The translations under genes and the position numbers were made by a program. The notes beneath the pieces are model-generated. The model did no database searches. It was not told the DNA's origin and was given only the letters and a program-made list of their open reading frames with translations. This document shows positions 11,584-25,724 of a stretch of DNA of 64,000 nucleotides, in pieces. Source of the DNA: Candidatus Taenariivivens baikalensis (lineage in GTDB: Bacteria > Omnitrophota > Omnitrophia > Omnitrophales > Aquincolibacteriaceae); assembly GCA_009691445.1 (NCBI GenBank), contig SICL01000004.1, positions 30,708-94,707 of the forward strand, in the 5' to 3' direction. How positions within the stretch are numbered: the first letter of the stretch is position 1; each line of letters begins with the position of its first letter.

Positions 11584-11874
11584 TTAAGTCGTCGTAATAT
11601 CAATTTTTTGACCCTTTTCCAAGGTCACAATCGCTTTTTTCCACTCTGCTGTTTTTCCAGGCTGATAGCGGATGCGTCGCCATTTTCCAAAACTATTAAT
11701 CACATTAACTTTAACAACATGGACATTAAAAATCTTCTCTATCGCCAATTTGACCTGCTTTTTATTGGCAGATTTATGGACGACAAAAGCATATTTTCCA
11801 TCACGTTCGGACTGAACACTGATCTTTTCGGTGATCACAGGCTCGCGTACAATATCATAAATACTTAACTTCAT
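11584..11874 (-). CDS. rplW: 50S ribosomal protein L23
   Basis: PVITEK, WKKAIVTL. Confidence 0.98.
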   Translation of the reverse strand: MKLSIYDIVREPVITEKISVQSERDGKYAFVVHKSANKKQVKLAIEKIFNVHVVKVNVINSFGKWRRIRYQPGKTAEWKKAIVTLEKGQKIDITTT

Positions 11875-11879
11875 GGCAT

Positions 11880-12644
11880 TTAACTCTTCTTGGGTTTCTT
11901 GGCCGTGATTTTTTTGTCAGCCCTACCTTCAGCCGCCGCTACTTTTTTCTTCCGAACTTTCTTAACAACAATTTCCACATCACCACCTTCAGCCGCGCCC
12001 ACTGACGACAACTGACCGTCAAGCACGCGACTTTCAATCGTAGGGATAGCTTCATGCTCGATAACTATTTTTGTCCGTTGCATGACATGATAAGCATTCA
12101 AATTTGAAGCCTCCCGCACGTCAATAACACTCGAGTAATTTTGGCTGGCACGACGAATATTTTCATCCAGTTTATGCACAACACAAAGCGCTCGTTTTCC
12201 ATCCAAGGGAAGACTTTTAAAAATTTGAATCCATTCGCGTGTTTTAGGCGAACCCAACTTAAGATCCTCCACCAAAAAAAGCCCCTTCTGTTCCCCGCGA
12301 AGACTCAGGGCTGAAATCAATGCTTTCTGACGCATCGTTTTGGACAGATTCACAAAATAACTACGCGGATGCGGACCAAACACGGTACCGCCACCTCGCC
12401 AAATCGGAGAACGTATCGAACTATGACGCGCACGGCCAGTCCCCTTCTGCTTCCAAGGCTTTTTGCCGCCCCCACTCACCTCTTTACGCGTTTTCGTATC
12501 ATGCGTTCCACGCCGAAGGTTGGCGCTATAAGCATTTTGAACGAGGTCCAATAAGCGTTGATTGACCCGCGCCGCAAAAACTTGCGGGTTCAACACCACT
12601 TCATCTTTCTTTTGTCCCGCTTTAGAATATAAAATAGCTTTCAT
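11880..12644 (-). CDS. rplD: 50S ribosomal protein L4 (Lys-rich C-terminal extension)
   Basis: GGGKKPWKQKGTGRAR, WRGGGTVFGP. Confidence 0.99.
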   Translation of the reverse strand: MKAILYSKAGQKKDEVVLNPQVFAARVNQRLLDLVQNAYSANLRRGTHDTKTRKEVSGGGKKPWKQKGTGRARHSSIRSPIWRGGGTVFGPHPRSYFVNLSKTMRQKALISALSLRGEQKGLFLVEDLKLGSPKTREWIQIFKSLPLDGKRALCVVHKLDENIRRASQNYSSVIDVREASNLNAYHVMQRTKIVIEHEAIPTIESRVLDGQLSSVGAAEGGDVEIVVKKVRKKKVAAAEGRADKKITAKKPKKS

Positions 12645-12736
12645 AGTTTTTCTCTTCTTTACCCATTTTAGAGTAAAAGATCCCCTTCAATATAACTTTC
12701 GTTTTTGATTTCCTAACGAAAAACAGATCAGGAATT

Positions 12737-13465
12737 CTACATCGATGCTTCCGACGCACTCCCAGAAGCTTCATCCGGCGAGACGCTCGCCCTAGCAGCC
12801 GCACTGACCGACTTAACTACTTTCCATTTTTTAGGCTTACCCTTTTTAAGGGCGTTTCGAATAATTAAGTAGGTTCCATCATGACCTGGAACGGACCCTT
12901 CAACAAGCAATAAATCATTGTCGGCGTCAATTTTCATAACCTTAAGATTCTGAGTGGTCTGCTGAACATTCCCCATTTGCCCTGGAAGCTTCAACCCCTT
13001 AATAACTCGGGAAGGAAACGCAGAAGATCCAATAGAACCTGGCTCACGGCCCATTTTCGTTCCGTGTGCTTTTTCGCCCCCCTTGTGCCCGTGACGCTTC
13101 ACCACTCCCTGAAATCCTTTTCCAATAGTTACCCCAACGATATCTACAACATCACCCTCTTCAAAATTATTCACTCTGAGCTCGGAACCAACTTCCAGAT
13201 TCTCAATTTCCTTTGTGCGGATCTCGCGAATAAAACGTAATAGAGTATTACCCGATTTGATTAGGTGACCCACCTTAGCCTTGTTGAGATGCTTTGCCTT
13301 CGCCGGCTCAAACCCCAGCTGAACTGCCGTATAACCATCTTTTGTTTCCGTGCGAATCTGCGTCACACAGCAAGGACCGACCCGAAGGACGGTGACCGCT
13401 ATAGCGCGCCCATCCTTATCAAATAACTGAGTCATTCCAACTTTTTTACCTAATAATCCAATCAT
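12737..13465 (-). CDS. rplC: 50S ribosomal protein L3
   Basis: GKKVGMTQ, GKGFQGVVKRH; start at ATG 13465 with AAGGA SD. Confidence 0.98.
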   Translation of the reverse strand: MIGLLGKKVGMTQLFDKDGRAIAVTVLRVGPCCVTQIRTETKDGYTAVQLGFEPAKAKHLNKAKVGHLIKSGNTLLRFIREIRTKEIENLEVGSELRVNNFEEGDVVDIVGVTIGKGFQGVVKRHGHKGGEKAHGTKMGREPGSIGSSAFPSRVIKGLKLPGQMGNVQQTTQNLKVMKIDADNDLLLVEGSVPGHDGTYLIIRNALKKGKPKKWKVVKSVSAAARASVSPDEASGSASEASM

Positions 13466-13513
13466 AATATCCTTGTGATGCGACAAGCCATTCTGAGGAT
13501 GGCAGCCGCGACT

Positions 13514-13828
13514 TTACAATTTAATTTCGACGTCCACGCCAGCAGGGAGGTCAAGCTTCATCAGCGCATCCACAGTCCGCGAAGTCGGCTCTTGAATATC
13601 AAGCACCCTCTTGTGTGTGCGGATCTCAAACTGATCCCTGGCTTTTTTATCAATCGTGGGTCCACGGAGCACTGTTGTTTTCCAAATCTCGGTCGGAAGA
13701 GGTATCGGACCAATCACTTTAGCGCCAGTTCGTTTCGCGGTGGCCACAATTTCATGCACCGACTGGTCCAAAACACGGTGATCATACGCTTTCAATTTAA
13801 TCCGAATTTTTTCTTTAGGTGCTGCCAT
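13514..13828 (-). CDS. rpsJ: 30S ribosomal protein S10
   Basis: [25 protein letters not shown]. Confidence 0.99.
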   Translation of the reverse strand: MAAPKEKIRIKLKAYDHRVLDQSVHEIVATAKRTGAKVIGPIPLPTEIWKTTVLRGPTIDKKARDQFEIRTHKRVLDIQEPTSRTVDALMKLDLPAGVDVEIKL

Positions 13829-13845
13829 AATTGTTCATCGCGGGC

Positions 13846-15939
13846 TTATTTAGCGACCGCATCTCCCATTATCTTTTCTGTAAGCATTTTCGGTACCTGC
13901 TGATAACTGTTCGGCTCCATACTGTAGTTAGCACGGCCCTGTGATAAAGACCGGATCGCCGTGGCATAACCAAACATTTCCGCCAGAGGCACAAGACCCT
14001 TGATAACCTTTAAGTGCCCGCGGTTTGACATCTCCTGAATGACGCATCGGCGCGAGTTAAGATCCCCAATAATATCACCCATGTACTCCTCAGGGACAAT
14101 CACCTCAACAAGCATCACAGGCTCAAGCAAGATCGGGTGAGCTCTTCGGAAGGCTTCTTTAAATCCCAAAATCCCCGCCATTTTAAAAGCAATTTCTGAA
14201 GAGTCAACATCATGATAGCTCCCATCAAAAACAGACGCCTTAACATCCGTAACAGGATAGCCCGCTAAAACCCCGCCCGCACACGCGTCAGTAACTCCGT
14301 CTTCGATCGCTGGAATATATTCGCGGGGAATCACTCCGCCCACAACTTCATTTTCAAATTCATTTCCCGTACCACGCTCAAGAGGCTCAAGGCGAATCCA
14401 GCAATGGCCATACTGACCACGACCACCAGTTTGTTTGATAAATTTTCCTTCAGCCTGAGCCTTACCCGTAATCGTTTCCTTATAAGCCACCTGCGGCTTA
14501 CCAACATTAACTTGAACTCCATATTCACGGCGCATAATATCAACCTTAATTTCAAGGTGTAACTCGCCCATCCCGCCAATCAAAGTCTGCACGGTTTCCT
14601 GATCTGTTCTTACGCGGAATGTCGGGTCTTCTGAAACAAGCCGACCGAGGGCATCCGACATCTTATCACGATCAGCCTTAGTCTTCGGCTCAATCGCCAT
14701 CCAAATAACAGCCTCCGGCACAAAAAGCGACTCTAGAATAATGGGGTTGATTTTTTCGCACAGCGAATCCCCTGTACGCATATCTTTTAAACCTACGGCA
14801 GCAACAATATTTCCAGCACCCGCCTCCTCAATCTCTTCACGCTTATTAGCATGCATCAGAAGCAAACGGCCGATTCTCTCTGTCCTGTTAGTACGCGGAT
14901 TATAAATATAAGAGCTGGATGAAAGAACGCCGGAATAAATACGAATATAGGTCAGAGATCCAACAAATTTATCACTCGCTATCTTAAACGCATAACAGGT
15001 GAGGGGATCCGCTTCTGAAGTCTTTCTTATAATCTCAGACCCATCATCCGGATGCGTTCCCTTAAGTGGCGGCAGATCATTCGGCGCCGGAAGGAAATCC
15101 ACAACCGCATCAAGCAGATGCTGCACACCTTTATTCTTAAGCGAAGATCCGCAAATGATCGGCACTATCTTAATCGCAAGAACACCCTTACGAATTGCGC
15201 GTTTGATTTGTTCCACAGTCGGCTCACGCCCCTCAATAAATTCATGCATAGCCTCCTCGTCAAACTCTGCAACCTTTTCAATCATTTCAGCACGATACTT
15301 CTTGGCCGCCTCCTGATATTCTGCTGGAATTTCTTCCACTTCAAATTTAGCGCCCAGGGTTTCATCCTTAAAAACAATCGCCTTCATATTAATTAAATCA
15401 ATAATGCCCTTAAAATGTTCTTCACGGCCGTACGGAAGCTGAATCGGAACAGGATTAGTTCCAAGCTGATCAATCATCTGCTGAATATTTCTTTCAAACT
15501 CAGCGCCTGTCCGGTCCATTTTATTAATGAAGGCAATACGAGGAACATGGTAACGATCCGCCTGGCGCCACACAGTCTCGGATTGAGGCTCAACGCCTTC
15601 CACTGCACCAAACACAACAACCGCACCATCCAGCACACGAAGAGAGCGCTCAACTTCCATCGTAAAATCAACGTGTCCCGGAGTATCGATAATATTAATG
15701 CGACAATCTCTCCAGAAACAAGTCGTGGCAGCTGAAGTAATTGTGATCCCACGCTCCTGCTCCTGCTCCATCCAGTCCATGACAGCCGTCCCCTCATGAA
15801 CTTCCCCAATTTTATAGGTTCGTCCCGTGTAATAAAGGATGCGCTCCGTCGTAGTCGTTTTACCGGCATCTATATGAGCAGCAATGCCAATATTACGAAT
15901 TTTATCTAGCGGGAAATGGATTTTCTTTTCATCTGCCAT
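13846..15939 (-). CDS. fusA: elongation factor G
   Basis: [30 protein letters not shown]. Confidence 0.99.
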   Translation of the reverse strand: MADEKKIHFPLDKIRNIGIAAHIDAGKTTTTERILYYTGRTYKIGEVHEGTAVMDWMEQEQERGITITSAATTCFWRDCRINIIDTPGHVDFTMEVERSLRVLDGAVVVFGAVEGVEPQSETVWRQADRYHVPRIAFINKMDRTGAEFERNIQQMIDQLGTNPVPIQLPYGREEHFKGIIDLINMKAIVFKDETLGAKFEVEEIPAEYQEAAKKYRAEMIEKVAEFDEEAMHEFIEGREPTVEQIKRAIRKGVLAIKIVPIICGSSLKNKGVQHLLDAVVDFLPAPNDLPPLKGTHPDDGSEIIRKTSEADPLTCYAFKIASDKFVGSLTYIRIYSGVLSSSSYIYNPRTNRTERIGRLLLMHANKREEIEEAGAGNIVAAVGLKDMRTGDSLCEKINPIILESLFVPEAVIWMAIEPKTKADRDKMSDALGRLVSEDPTFRVRTDQETVQTLIGGMGELHLEIKVDIMRREYGVQVNVGKPQVAYKETITGKAQAEGKFIKQTGGRGQYGHCWIRLEPLERGTGNEFENEVVGGVIPREYIPAIEDGVTDACAGGVLAGYPVTDVKASVFDGSYHDVDSSEIAFKMAGILGFKEAFRRAHPILLEPVMLVEVIVPEEYMGDIIGDLNSRRCVIQEMSNRGHLKVIKGLVPLAEMFGYATAIRSLSQGRANYSMEPNSYQQVPKMLTEKIMGDAVAK

Positions 15940-15945
15940 ACAAAA

Positions 15946-16413
15946 TTACCACCGGTAATGAGCAAACGCACGGTTCGCTTCAGCCATCTTATGTGTATCC
16001 TCACGCTTCTTATAAGAAGCGCCGGTCTTATTATAACCGTCCAAAATTTCATCCGCGAGCTTTTGCAACATTGGTTTGCCCTTGCGCCCCTTAGCATAGG
16101 TCTGCATCCAGCGAAGAGCTAGAGAACTACTCCGATCCTGACGAACATTAACCGGAACCTGGTAGGTTGCACCGCCGACCCGACGAGATTTTGTTTCAAG
16201 TAAAGGTCGGACATTATCTACTGAGCGCTTGAAAACTTCAAGTGGATCTTTCCCTGTTTTTTCTTTGAGCACATCCAAGGCACCATAGACGATCTTCTGA
16301 GCTGTCGATTTCTTACCCATTTTCATCACAATATTAACAAGCTTCGCCACTAAGTGGTCACCGAACTTAGGATCTGGCAGAGGCTCTCTTTTTTTCGCAC
16401 GTCTTCGTCGCAT
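15946..16413 (-). CDS. rpsG: 30S ribosomal protein S7
   Basis: [27 protein letters not shown]. Confidence 0.99.
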   Translation of the reverse strand: MRRRRAKKREPLPDPKFGDHLVAKLVNIVMKMGKKSTAQKIVYGALDVLKEKTGKDPLEVFKRSVDNVRPLLETKSRRVGGATYQVPVNVRQDRSSSLALRWMQTYAKGRKGKPMLQKLADEILDGYNKTGASYKKREDTHKMAEANRAFAHYRW

Positions 16414-16422
16414 AGCGTTCCC

Positions 16423-16824
16423 TTATTTTTTCACAGCCACAGCTGGCTTGACTTTAGGTGTTTTAGCTCCGTACTTTGAACGGGATTTATTACGGTCAGC
16501 GACTCCGGTCGCATCCAATTTCCCCCGAACAATATGATAACGAACGCCGGGCAAATCCTTCACACGACCTCCGCGCACTAATACAATGGAGTGTTCCTGT
16601 AAATTGTGTCCAACTCCCGGAATATACGCAGTAACCTCTTCTCCGTTAGTCAACCGAACACGGGCAATTTTCCGAAGCGCAGAGTTGGGCTTTTTAGGAG
16701 TTTGCGTTCGCACGATCAAACAAACCCCTTTACGAAATGGGGCGTTATGAAGAGCCGGCGACTTTGTTTTGTTTTTGAATTTTTTCCGTCCGTACCGAAT
16801 CAACTGATTAATTGTTGGAGCCAT
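16423..16824 (-). CDS. rpsL: 30S ribosomal protein S12
   Basis: [23 protein letters not shown]. Confidence 0.99.
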   Translation of the reverse strand: MAPTINQLIRYGRKKFKNKTKSPALHNAPFRKGVCLIVRTQTPKKPNSALRKIARVRLTNGEEVTAYIPGVGHNLQEHSIVLVRGGRVKDLPGVRYHIVRGKLDATGVADRNKSRSKYGAKTPKVKPAVAVKK

Positions 16825-19800
16825 TACCTCTTCTCCGTTTTTTCCGCCACAACGGTTTCCACTTGAGATTTTTCAACAACTTCTTCCCGTTGAATCTCGG
16901 GTAGGATTCCATCCAGATTTTTTGTCATTTCGATGTCTTGGTGCTCTTTGAATCCTGTTCCAGCAGGAATCAAGTGGCCCATAATCACATTTTCTTTCAA
17001 GCCACGCAGATCGTCTACTTTTCCCGACGCAGCCGCCTCAGTCAAAACACGAGTGGTTTCTTGAAAGCTTGCAGCTGAAATAAAACTTTCGGTAGTTAAG
17101 GATGCTTTAGTAATCCCCAAAAGAATCGGAGTTGCCTTGGCCGGCTGCTTATCCTTCTTAGTCATTTTATCATTTTCTTCGGCAAATTTAATCTTGTCGA
17201 TATGAGCACCTACAAGAAAATCTGCATCCCCAGGATCATCAATGCGTACTTTGCGTAACATCTGCCGAACAATGGTCTCAACGTGCTTATCGTTCACGCG
17301 CACACCTTGCAACCGATAAACCTCCTGCACCTCATTCACTAGATATTCTTGCAAGCTCCTTTCTCCAGAAACGCGCAAGATATCCTGAGGCACCACAGGG
17401 CCATCAACGAGCTGTTGTCCCGCAACCACCTTGTCACCCTTGTACACGTTCAAATGTTTCCCGTGTGGAATCAGGTATTCTTTTTCCATTCCCGAGGAAC
17501 TCTTTACAATGATCTTGCGTTGCCCCTTGACCACATCGCCGATTTCAACCGTTCCATCAATTTCTGAGATGATAGCGGGATTCTTTGGTTTACGCGCTTC
17601 AAAAAGCTCCGCAACGCGGGGAAGACCACCCGTAATATCTCTTGTTTTTGCAATTTTACGCGGGGTCTTCGCTAAAAGAGACCCTCCCGTGATATCCTGC
17701 CCGTCTTTCACCACAATATGGGCTCCGGTAGGAATCGGGTAGAAAGCAATAATCTCATTATCCTTACCCATGATCAAAAGTTGCGGATGCAACTCTTCAC
17801 GATGCTCAATAATCACGCGCTCCTTCATTCCCGTCGTCGCATCCATCTCTTCGTTCATAGTGACACCCGGCACAACGTCTTCATACCGGACTTTTCCGGA
17901 GACTTCGGTAAGAATTGGGACTGTGTAAGGATCCCACTTCACAAAAATATCATCCTTCTTTACCTTTCCGCCTTCTTTGTTACTAATAATAGCACCGGAA
18001 GGAAGCGTGTAGCGCTCCAATTCGCGTCCAGAAGGGTCATGAATCGTAATGGCGCCATTACGATTAAGCACGATGATTTCATTGTTTTTCGTAATAACAG
18101 TTTTTAAATTATGATACTGCAAAGCCCCCTCATTGCGGGCACGGAAGTAAGATTGCTCCACGATGCGTGACGCTGTACCACCGATATGAAATGTTCTCAT
18201 GGTCAACTGGGTTCCCGGCTCACCAATGGACTGAGCCGCCATAATACCAACCGCCATCCCAAGGTCAACAAGGCGACCACGAGCAAGATCCATTCCGTAG
18301 CATTTAGCACAAATACCTGTTTTAGCTTCGCATGTCAGAACAGACCTAACCCGGATTTTTTCAATCCCCATCTCCTCAACGCGATCCGCCATTTCTTCCG
18401 AAATAATCTCACCATTTTTAATAATTTGCTGATCGGTGACCACATCCACGATATTATCCAGCGGTGTACGGCCCATAATCCGGTCTTTCAGAGGCACAAT
18501 CACTTCTTCCCCTTCATAAACCGGTTCAATATAAATTCCATTGAGCGTTCCGCAATCGATTTCACTCACAATGACGTCCTGAGCCACATCCACCAAACGA
18601 CGGGTCAAGTACCCCGAGTCAGCTGTTTTAAGCGCAGTGTCCGCCAGACCTTTGCGCGCCCCGTGAGTGGAAATAAAATATTCCAGCACGGTTAAACCTT
18701 CCTTGAAATTCGCGGTAATCGGACTTTCAATAATTTCGCCCGATGGCTTGGCCATTAGACCGCGCATACCCGCCAACTGACGAATCTGCTGCTTGGATCC
18801 ACGAGCTCCGGAATCCGCCATCATAAAAATTGGGTTGAAGGATTCAAGCTTTTCGAACATGCTGTCAGAAACACGCTCTGTGGTGTGTGTCCAGATATCA
18901 ATCACCTTGTTGTAGCGCTCACCCTCTGTAATCAAACCATTTTTATACTGGACTTCAATAGCGCTAACATCTTTATGCGCTTCATCAAGCAACTCTTGCT
19001 TGTTATTTGGAATCTGAATATCGTCAATTCCGATGGATACGCCCGCCAAAGTAGCTTCTTCAAACCCGAGCGACTTTAAGCGATCCAGAAGAGCGACGGT
19101 CTCCGAATGGCCAAACTGTCGGTAGCAAGATGAAATGATTTTGGAAAGCCCGCTTTTGTTAATGGGTTTATTAACATAAGCGCAACCCCTAGGGAGGACA
19201 GCGTTAAAAATGATGCGACCCATTGTAGTGTCAACGATCTGACCATTCTCCAATTGGACTTTGCATTTCGCGTGTTTTTCAATTTCGCGATCTCGATAAG
19301 CTAAAAAAGCCTCTTGAAAATTTGAAAATTTAAGCCCTTCACCTTTAGCATTCTCCGCCTGCTTGGTCAGATAATAAATACCAAGCACAATATCCTGCGA
19401 AGGCGTCGCAATTGGCTGGCCACTCGCAGGAGAGAAAATGTTATTAGCCGAAAGCATAATAACGCGAGCTTCCATCTGAGCTTCCATAGAAAGCGGAATA
19501 TGAACCGCCATTTGGTCACCGTCAAAGTCTGCGTTGAAAGCCGTGCAGACAAGAGGGTGGACGCGAATAGCCTTCCCCTCCATAAGCACCGGCTCAAAAG
19601 CCTGGATACCCAAGCGATGCAGGGTCGGCGCACGGTTAAGAAGCACCGGATGCTCCTTGATCACTTCTTCGAGAATATCCCAAACCTCAGGCTTGCCGCG
19701 TTCTACCATTTTTTTCGCTGAACGAATCGTGTGAACATATCCGCGCTCTTTAAGTTTTCGGATAATAAATGGCTCAAAAAGCTCCAGAGCCATCTTTTTA

Positions 19801-20882
19801 GGAAGCCCGCACTGATGGAGCTTAAGCTCAGGTCCAATCACGATCACGGAACGGCCGGAATAGTCTACGCGTTTTCCAAGAAGGTTCTGACGGAAACGAC
19901 CCTGCTTACCCTTCAGCATATCGCTCAGGGACTTGAGCGGACGGTTACCAGCGCCGAGCACGGGGCGCCCATGGCGACCGTTATCAAAAAGCGCATCCAC
20001 AGCTTCCTGGAGCATCCGCTTTTCATTGCGAATAATAACATCAGGGGCTTTCAACTCGAGCAATTTCTTCAACCGGTTATTACGATTAATGACGCGACGA
20101 TATAAATCGTTCAAATCACTTGTAGCAAATCGTCCTCCGTCCAGCGCCACCAACGGACGTAGATCGGGCGGAATCACGGGGACCACATCCATAATCATCC
20201 ATTCCGCGTTATTGCCAGACTTACGGAAGGTATCCACGATTTTTAAAATCTTGATCGCGCGGGCGCGAGATTGTTTGGATTTTGAAACCTTAACCTGTCG
20301 CTGATATTTCTGAGCCATCTTTTCAAGCTCAAGCTCCTTGAGCAGCTCACGAACGGCCTCAGCGCCCATCTTTGCGACAAAACTACTGGAACCATATTGT
20401 TCCTGAGCTTTCACGTAATCTTCTTCTGAAAGAAGCTGCTTTTTCTTGAGCGGTGTCTCTTTTGGATCGATCACAATATATTCTTCGTAATAAAGCACCT
20501 TTTCCAAGGAACGGACGCTCATATCAAGAAGATTTCCGATACGGGACGGCATGGTTTTAAAAAACCAGATGTGGGAAATGGGGGTTACAAGATCAATATG
20601 CCCCATACGCTCACGACGCACTTTAGATTGCGTGACTTCGACGCCGCAACGATCGCAAACAATACCCTTATGCTTGATTCGCTTGTATTTACCACAATTA
20701 CATTCCCAATCCTTGGTGGGCCCAAAAATACGCTCACAAAAAAGACCATCTTTTTCGGGCTTGAGAGTCCGATAATTGATAGTCTCCGGTTTTCTAACCT
20801 CGCCATGTGACCAACTACGAATCACGTCGGGTGAAGCAATCTTAATCGATATGGAATCGAACATATTGATGTCGTAACTCAT
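16824..20882 (-). CDS. rpoC: RNA polymerase beta' subunit
   Basis: [30 protein letters not shown]. Confidence 0.99.
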   Translation of the reverse strand: MSYDINMFDSISIKIASPDVIRSWSHGEVRKPETINYRTLKPEKDGLFCERIFGPTKDWECNCGKYKRIKHKGIVCDRCGVEVTQSKVRRERMGHIDLVTPISHIWFFKTMPSRIGNLLDMSVRSLEKVLYYEEYIVIDPKETPLKKKQLLSEEDYVKAQEQYGSSSFVAKMGAEAVRELLKELELEKMAQKYQRQVKVSKSKQSRARAIKILKIVDTFRKSGNNAEWMIMDVVPVIPPDLRPLVALDGGRFATSDLNDLYRRVINRNNRLKKLLELKAPDVIIRNEKRMLQEAVDALFDNGRHGRPVLGAGNRPLKSLSDMLKGKQGRFRQNLLGKRVDYSGRSVIVIGPELKLHQCGLPKKMALELFEPFIIRKLKERGYVHTIRSAKKMVERGKPEVWDILEEVIKEHPVLLNRAPTLHRLGIQAFEPVLMEGKAIRVHPLVCTAFNADFDGDQMAVHIPLSMEAQMEARVIMLSANNIFSPASGQPIATPSQDIVLGIYYLTKQAENAKGEGLKFSNFQEAFLAYRDREIEKHAKCKVQLENGQIVDTTMGRIIFNAVLPRGCAYVNKPINKSGLSKIISSCYRQFGHSETVALLDRLKSLGFEEATLAGVSIGIDDIQIPNNKQELLDEAHKDVSAIEVQYKNGLITEGERYNKVIDIWTHTTERVSDSMFEKLESFNPIFMMADSGARGSKQQIRQLAGMRGLMAKPSGEIIESPITANFKEGLTVLEYFISTHGARKGLADTALKTADSGYLTRRLVDVAQDVIVSEIDCGTLNGIYIEPVYEGEEVIVPLKDRIMGRTPLDNIVDVVTDQQIIKNGEIISEEMADRVEEMGIEKIRVRSVLTCEAKTGICAKCYGMDLARGRLVDLGMAVGIMAAQSIGEPGTQLTMRTFHIGGTASRIVEQSYFRARNEGALQYHNLKTVITKNNEIIVLNRNGAITIHDPSGRELERYTLPSGAIISNKEGGKVKKDDIFVKWDPYTVPILTEVSGKVRYEDVVPGVTMNEEMDATTGMKERVIIEHREELHPQLLIMGKDNEIIAFYPIPTGAHIVVKDGQDITGGSLLAKTPRKIAKTRDITGGLPRVAELFEARKPKNPAIISEIDGTVEIGDVVKGQRKIIVKSSSGMEKEYLIPHGKHLNVYKGDKVVAGQQLVDGPVVPQDILRVSGERSLQEYLVNEVQEVYRLQGVRVNDKHVETIVRQMLRKVRIDDPGDADFLVGAHIDKIKFAEENDKMTKKDKQPAKATPILLGITKASLTTESFISAASFQETTRVLTEAAASGKVDDLRGLKENVIMGHLIPAGTGFKEHQDIEMTKNLDGILPEIQREEVVEKSQVETVVAEKTEKR

Positions 20883-23800
20883 ACCTTTAGCTTCTCCTTA
20901 GCTTTCTGCTTGCGCTCTTCTGCTTTCTCATCCCCGTCCATCCTCACTTGGGATTTTTCAGGAATAATATCCAAGCCAAGAGATTGAATTTCTTTCACCA
21001 GCACGTTGAAGGATTCAGGGGTTCCAGCATGCAACGCGGGCTCTCCCTTAACAATAGCTTCATAGACACGCGTTCTTCCCACCACATCATCACTCTTTAC
21101 CGTGAGAAGCTCTTGAAGCGTGAATGCCGCGCCGTAGGATTCGAGCGCCCAGACTTCCATTTCTCCAAACCGCTGACCACCAAACTGCGCCTTACCACCC
21201 AATGGCTGCTGAGTCACGAGCGAGTAGGGACCGATGGAGCGGGCATGGATTTTGTCATCCGCTAAATGGGCTAGCTTAAGCATGTAGATATACCCAACCG
21301 TAATTCGACTATCAAATTTATCGCCGGTCCTGCCATCATAAAGCTGAATCTTTCCGTCCAGCGGAAGCTTAGCCTCCCTAAGCATATCCTTAATTTCGTC
21401 CTCACGCGCACCGCTGAATACCGGAGTCATAATTTTCACCCCGAGCACCTTAGCGGCCCACCCTAAGTGAGTCTCTAAAATTTGCCCAACGTTCATACGA
21501 GAAGGAACACCGAGAGGATTAAGAATAATCTCAACGGGCGTTCCATCCGGCAAATACGGCATATCCTCTTCGGGAAGAATCCGGGCAATCACACCTTTAT
21601 TTCCGTGACGACCAGCCATCTTATCTCCCACGGAAATTTTTCGCTTGGAGCAAACATAAACCACAACTTTTTTTATCACGCCCGGAGGAAGCTCGTCGCC
21701 TTTTTTCACGCGCTCAATTTCCTGAGTTCTTTCACTCACAAGCTCGTCAATTTCATCCCCCCAAACACGGGCGATTTTACGAACGCTCTCCTCAAGCTCC
21801 GGCTCATCATCTAAGCGAATGGATTCCCAGTCGCAATTTTCAAATTTCTTAAGATCACTTTTGGCAATAACATGCCCGGTCTTGATTAACACCTCACCCA
21901 AAACTTCATCAACAATATCATCTGAAAGCCGCTTACCAATGATCATTTCTGAAATTTTATTGAGGCGCTCTTTCTTAAGCACATCAATGCGCTCCTGATA
22001 ACGCTCTCTAATAACATCCGCCTCTTTAGTTTCTTGGCGCTTTTCATCACGCGTCTTAGCCATGGATTCGCGACGTTCAAACACTTTCACGTCTACCACA
22101 ATCCCCTCCACACCCGGCGGCACGGTCAAGGAAGCATCACGAACATCTCCAGCCTTTTCACCAAAAATTGCGCGGAGCAGTTTTTCCTCTGGAGAAAGCT
22201 CGGTTTCTGACTTAGGAGTAATTTTCCCGGCCAAAATATCACCAGGACCAACCTCCGCACCAATCCGAATAATCCCGCCCTCATCCAAATCCTTAAGCGC
22301 CTCTTCGCTGATATTCGGAATATCACGCGTAATCTCTTCATTACCAAGCTTTGTATCACGAGCCTCAATCTCAAACTCCTCGATGTGAAGCGACGTATAA
22401 ACATCCTCCTTGGAAAGCCTCTCGCTAAGAATAATCGCGTCCTCGAAGTTGTATCCACGCCAAGGCATAAAAGCGACAAGAACATTGCGCCCAAGCGCCA
22501 ATTCACCCGCCTCAGTCGCAGCGCCATCCGCAATCACATCCCCACGCTTCACTTTTTCACCCACACTAACAATCGGACGCTGGTTGATACAAGTCCCGGC
22601 ATTCGAACGCTCAAACTTTTTTAATCTATACACAAAATCATCCACAACAATTTCATTAGAAGAAACCGCCTTAACGGTTCCCTTAGTCTTCGCTAGCACA
22701 GTTGCTCCAGAATCACGGGCAACATATTTCTCCATTCCGGTTCCAACAAATGGAGACTCGGTAATGAGAAGCGGAACTGCTTGGCGCTGCATGTTCGATC
22801 CCATAAGCGCACGGTTTGCGTCATCGTGCTCAAGAAACGGGATCAAAGACGCCGCGACACTAACGAGCTGGCGCGGAGAAACGTCCATATAATCAATTTC
22901 CTCAGGTTTTCTCTTTGGAAAATCACCGCGAAACCGACAAGATACAACAGCATCCACAAACCGCCCTTTTTCATCGATAGGGGCATTCGCCTGAGCAATC
23001 GTGTATTTGTCTTCCACATCCGCCGTAAGATAATCAATTTTTTCGGTGACACGGCCATTCTCAACTTTACGGTAAGGACTCTCTAAAAAACCAATTGGAT
23101 TAACTCGGGCAAAAGTACTGAGAGATGCAATCAATCCAATATTGGGACCCTCTGGAGTTTCGATAGGACAAATACGACCGTAGTGAGAGGGATGAACGTC
23201 ACGGACTTCAAAACCGGCGCGCTCGCGAGACAAACCGCCGGGACCCAGAGCAGAAAGACGGCGTTTATGCGTTAGCTCCGCAAGCGGATTTGTTTGATCC
23301 ATAAACTGAGAGAGCTGGCTACGCCCGAAAAAATCCTTGATAGCCGCAGAAATAAGCTTGGGATTAATCAGGTTGTGCGGCATAGCGGCATCCAGGTCAT
23401 AAATCGACATGCGCTCAAGACAGGAACGCTTCATGCGGGTAAAACCTACACGAAATTGATTCTGAAGAAGCTCACCCACTGAACGGACACGACGGTTTCC
23501 AAGATGATCAATATCATCAACATTCACCTCGCCGGAGCGAAGCTTTAGAAGGTTTTGGATCACACGCATAATATCATCTTTGCGGAGCGTGGTTTGCTTA
23601 ACCTTGGAATCCAAATTAAGTTTTCGGTTCAACATGAACCGACCCACCTCCCCAAGATCATACCGCTGCGGATCAAAGAAAAGCTTTTCGATCAGATCTT
23701 TCGAGCTCGCTTCGGTCGGGGGATCGCCGGGTCGAATACGTCTATAAATAGCGATCTGAGCATCTTTTGAGTTTTTGTAGGGATCTCGTTCAAGCGTATT

Positions 23801-24646
23801 CACAATAGCGAGGTCATCTTGACCCAACTTAACAGTATGCACCGTATGAATCTTGGCTGCTAAAATCGAAGCAACTATTTCTTTGGTAATCTTAGTGCCA
23901 CCATTCGCTACAGCATCCTTGGTTTCAGGATGAAAAAGGTCTTCTGCTAAATACTCATTATCCCATTTGCGAGCATTGGATTTTGAGATATCATCAATTT
24001 TTTCAACCGAATGAAGCTCCTTCATGATATCCAATGTCGTGGAATAACCCACGGCACGCAGAAGGGTTGTTGCCAAAATCTTACGCCGCCGGTCAATGTA
24101 GGCATATAAGACATCATTAATGTCGGACTCGAATTCAATCCATGCGCCGCGGTAGGGAATAATACGCACACTAAAAATCTTCTTTCCGCTGGGATGAGCA
24201 GACTCTTCCAGAGAAACACCCGGCGATCGGTGCAGCTGACTAACCACGACACGCTCCGCTCCATTAATTACGAAGGTTCCGGTTTCGGTCATAAGAGGAA
24301 GATCGCCGATATAAACTTCCTGCTCCTTAGCAATCGCATTACGAACCAACCTAAGCTTGACCTTTAGAGGAGCCGCGTAGGTCATACCACGACGATGACA
24401 CTCAACCACAGAGTATTTGGGCTTTCCTAGGTTATAACCCACATATTCAAGCTTGCACGAGCCATCAAAACTATCAATCGGAAAGCAATCCCGGAAGGCC
24501 GCTTCCAAACCTTGCGACTTACGGTCACGTGTATTTTCTGTTTGCAAAAAATCGTCATAAGACTTTATCTGAATCTCAACGAGATTGGGCAAACTAATCG
24601 TATCGTGAATCTTGGTAAAACTTTTTCTAACGGCACTTTGAACCAT
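20879..24646 (-). CDS. rpoB: RNA polymerase beta subunit
   Basis: [44 protein letters not shown]. Confidence 0.99.
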   Translation of the reverse strand: MVQSAVRKSFTKIHDTISLPNLVEIQIKSYDDFLQTENTRDRKSQGLEAAFRDCFPIDSFDGSCKLEYVGYNLGKPKYSVVECHRRGMTYAAPLKVKLRLVRNAIAKEQEVYIGDLPLMTETGTFVINGAERVVVSQLHRSPGVSLEESAHPSGKKIFSVRIIPYRGAWIEFESDINDVLYAYIDRRRKILATTLLRAVGYSTTLDIMKELHSVEKIDDISKSNARKWDNEYLAEDLFHPETKDAVANGGTKITKEIVASILAAKIHTVHTVKLGQDDLAIVNTLERDPYKNSKDAQIAIYRRIRPGDPPTEASSKDLIEKLFFDPQRYDLGEVGRFMLNRKLNLDSKVKQTTLRKDDIMRVIQNLLKLRSGEVNVDDIDHLGNRRVRSVGELLQNQFRVGFTRMKRSCLERMSIYDLDAAMPHNLINPKLISAAIKDFFGRSQLSQFMDQTNPLAELTHKRRLSALGPGGLSRERAGFEVRDVHPSHYGRICPIETPEGPNIGLIASLSTFARVNPIGFLESPYRKVENGRVTEKIDYLTADVEDKYTIAQANAPIDEKGRFVDAVVSCRFRGDFPKRKPEEIDYMDVSPRQLVSVAASLIPFLEHDDANRALMGSNMQRQAVPLLITESPFVGTGMEKYVARDSGATVLAKTKGTVKAVSSNEIVVDDFVYRLKKFERSNAGTCINQRPIVSVGEKVKRGDVIADGAATEAGELALGRNVLVAFMPWRGYNFEDAIILSERLSKEDVYTSLHIEEFEIEARDTKLGNEEITRDIPNISEEALKDLDEGGIIRIGAEVGPGDILAGKITPKSETELSPEEKLLRAIFGEKAGDVRDASLTVPPGVEGIVVDVKVFERRESMAKTRDEKRQETKEADVIRERYQERIDVLKKERLNKISEMIIGKRLSDDIVDEVLGEVLIKTGHVIAKSDLKKFENCDWESIRLDDEPELEESVRKIARVWGDEIDELVSERTQEIERVKKGDELPPGVIKKVVVYVCSKRKISVGDKMAGRHGNKGVIARILPEEDMPYLPDGTPVEIILNPLGVPSRMNVGQILETHLGWAAKVLGVKIMTPVFSGAREDEIKDMLREAKLPLDGKIQLYDGRTGDKFDSRITVGYIYMLKLAHLADDKIHARSIGPYSLVTQQPLGGKAQFGGQRFGEMEVWALESYGAAFTLQELLTVKSDDVVGRTRVYEAIVKGEPALHAGTPESFNVLVKEIQSLGLDIIPEKSQVRMDGDEKAEERKQKAKEKLKV

Positions 24647-24687
24647 TCAGAGTCGCCTCCAGAATGAGCGTTTTAACTTAAAATTTT

Positions 24688-24709
24688 AAAGGCTGCCAGA
24701 TGACAGCAT
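24688..24709 (-). terminator. possible attenuator hairpin between rplL and rpoB
   Basis: Minus strand GCTGTCA-TC-TGGCAGC followed by CTTTAAAATTTT; weak U-tract. Confidence 0.3.
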
Positions 24710-24721
24710 CTTTCCAAGCAA

Positions 24722-25150
24722 TTACTTGATTTCAACCTTTGCGCCCTGCTCTTCAAGAAGCTTTTTTATTTTCTCGGCTTCTTCCTTTGTCACGCCGGCC
24801 TTCACGAGCTTCGGAGCACCATCCACAAGGTCTTTCGCTTCCTTCAAACCAAGGCTGGTCACGGTACGGATTTCTTTAATGACGTTGATTTTCTTGACAC
24901 CCACTTCGGTCAAATGAACATCAAAAGTGGTCTTCTCTTCAACCACAGCAACAACACCTGCACCACCACCAGCAGCCGGAGCAGCAACCGCCACAGAGGC
25001 AGCGCTAACACCAAACTTTTCCTCAAGAACCTTCACAAGATTTGCAAGCTCAATGACCGTGAGCTGCTCTATCGTTTCAAGAATGCCTTGCAGTTTATCA
25101 GACACAGCAACACCCTCTTTTTTCGTTTCAGTTTCTAGTTGAGTTGACAT
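24722..25150 (-). CDS. rplL: 50S ribosomal protein L7/L12
   Basis: [18 protein letters not shown]. Confidence 0.98.
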   Translation of the reverse strand: MSTQLETETKKEGVAVSDKLQGILETIEQLTVIELANLVKVLEEKFGVSAASVAVAAPAAGGGAGVVAVVEEKTTFDVHLTEVGVKKINVIKEIRTVTSLGLKEAKDLVDGAPKLVKAGVTKEEAEKIKKLLEEQGAKVEIK

Positions 25151-25184
25151 TTTGAATCCCTCCTGTGGATGCAATGATAACCAC

Positions 25185-25718
25185 TCAGGCAGTTTGACCT
25201 TGAGCTTCTTTCAGTTTTTTCACCTCATTCAAGGCCACAACAAAACCGCGCAGCACTTGATGCAAGGTAAGTACAATCCCCGTGATCGGAGACTTGATAC
25301 GCAGAACCACCTGCGTGAGGAGTTCCTTCCGGGAAGGAAGACTCGCAAGCTGTTTAACAAAATCCTGATCATGAATTTTCCGCTCAAAATAAACACCCGA
25401 AGAAATAAACCGATTGTTGGTTTTTGAAAATTCAAGCAATGCCTTCGACACTATCTGCGGATCATTCGAGCCAAAAGTCACAAACACAAACCCTTTGAAG
25501 AATTTATCAGCCGCATCCGCTTTACGAGCCTTCAACACCTTCTTGGCTAACGCATGCTTGATCACCATGGAACGCGTCCCTGTTTTTGACAGCTTGTTAC
25601 GAAGCTCCGAAATCGCAGCAACACTAAGCTTGTCAAAACTAGAGAAAAAAGCAAACGCGTTCTCTTCGAACTGATTTTCGATTTCGCGCATCATGACTTT
25701 ATTAACTACCGATGGCAT
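25185..25718 (-). CDS. rplJ: 50S ribosomal protein L10
   Basis: [11 protein letters not shown]; position between rplA and rplL. Confidence 0.95.
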   Translation of the reverse strand: MPSVVNKVMMREIENQFEENAFAFFSSFDKLSVAAISELRNKLSKTGTRSMVIKHALAKKVLKARKADAADKFFKGFVFVTFGSNDPQIVSKALLEFSKTNNRFISSGVYFERKIHDQDFVKQLASLPSRKELLTQVVLRIKSPITGIVLTLHQVLRGFVVALNEVKKLKEAQGQTA

Positions 25719-25724
25719 GCAACC

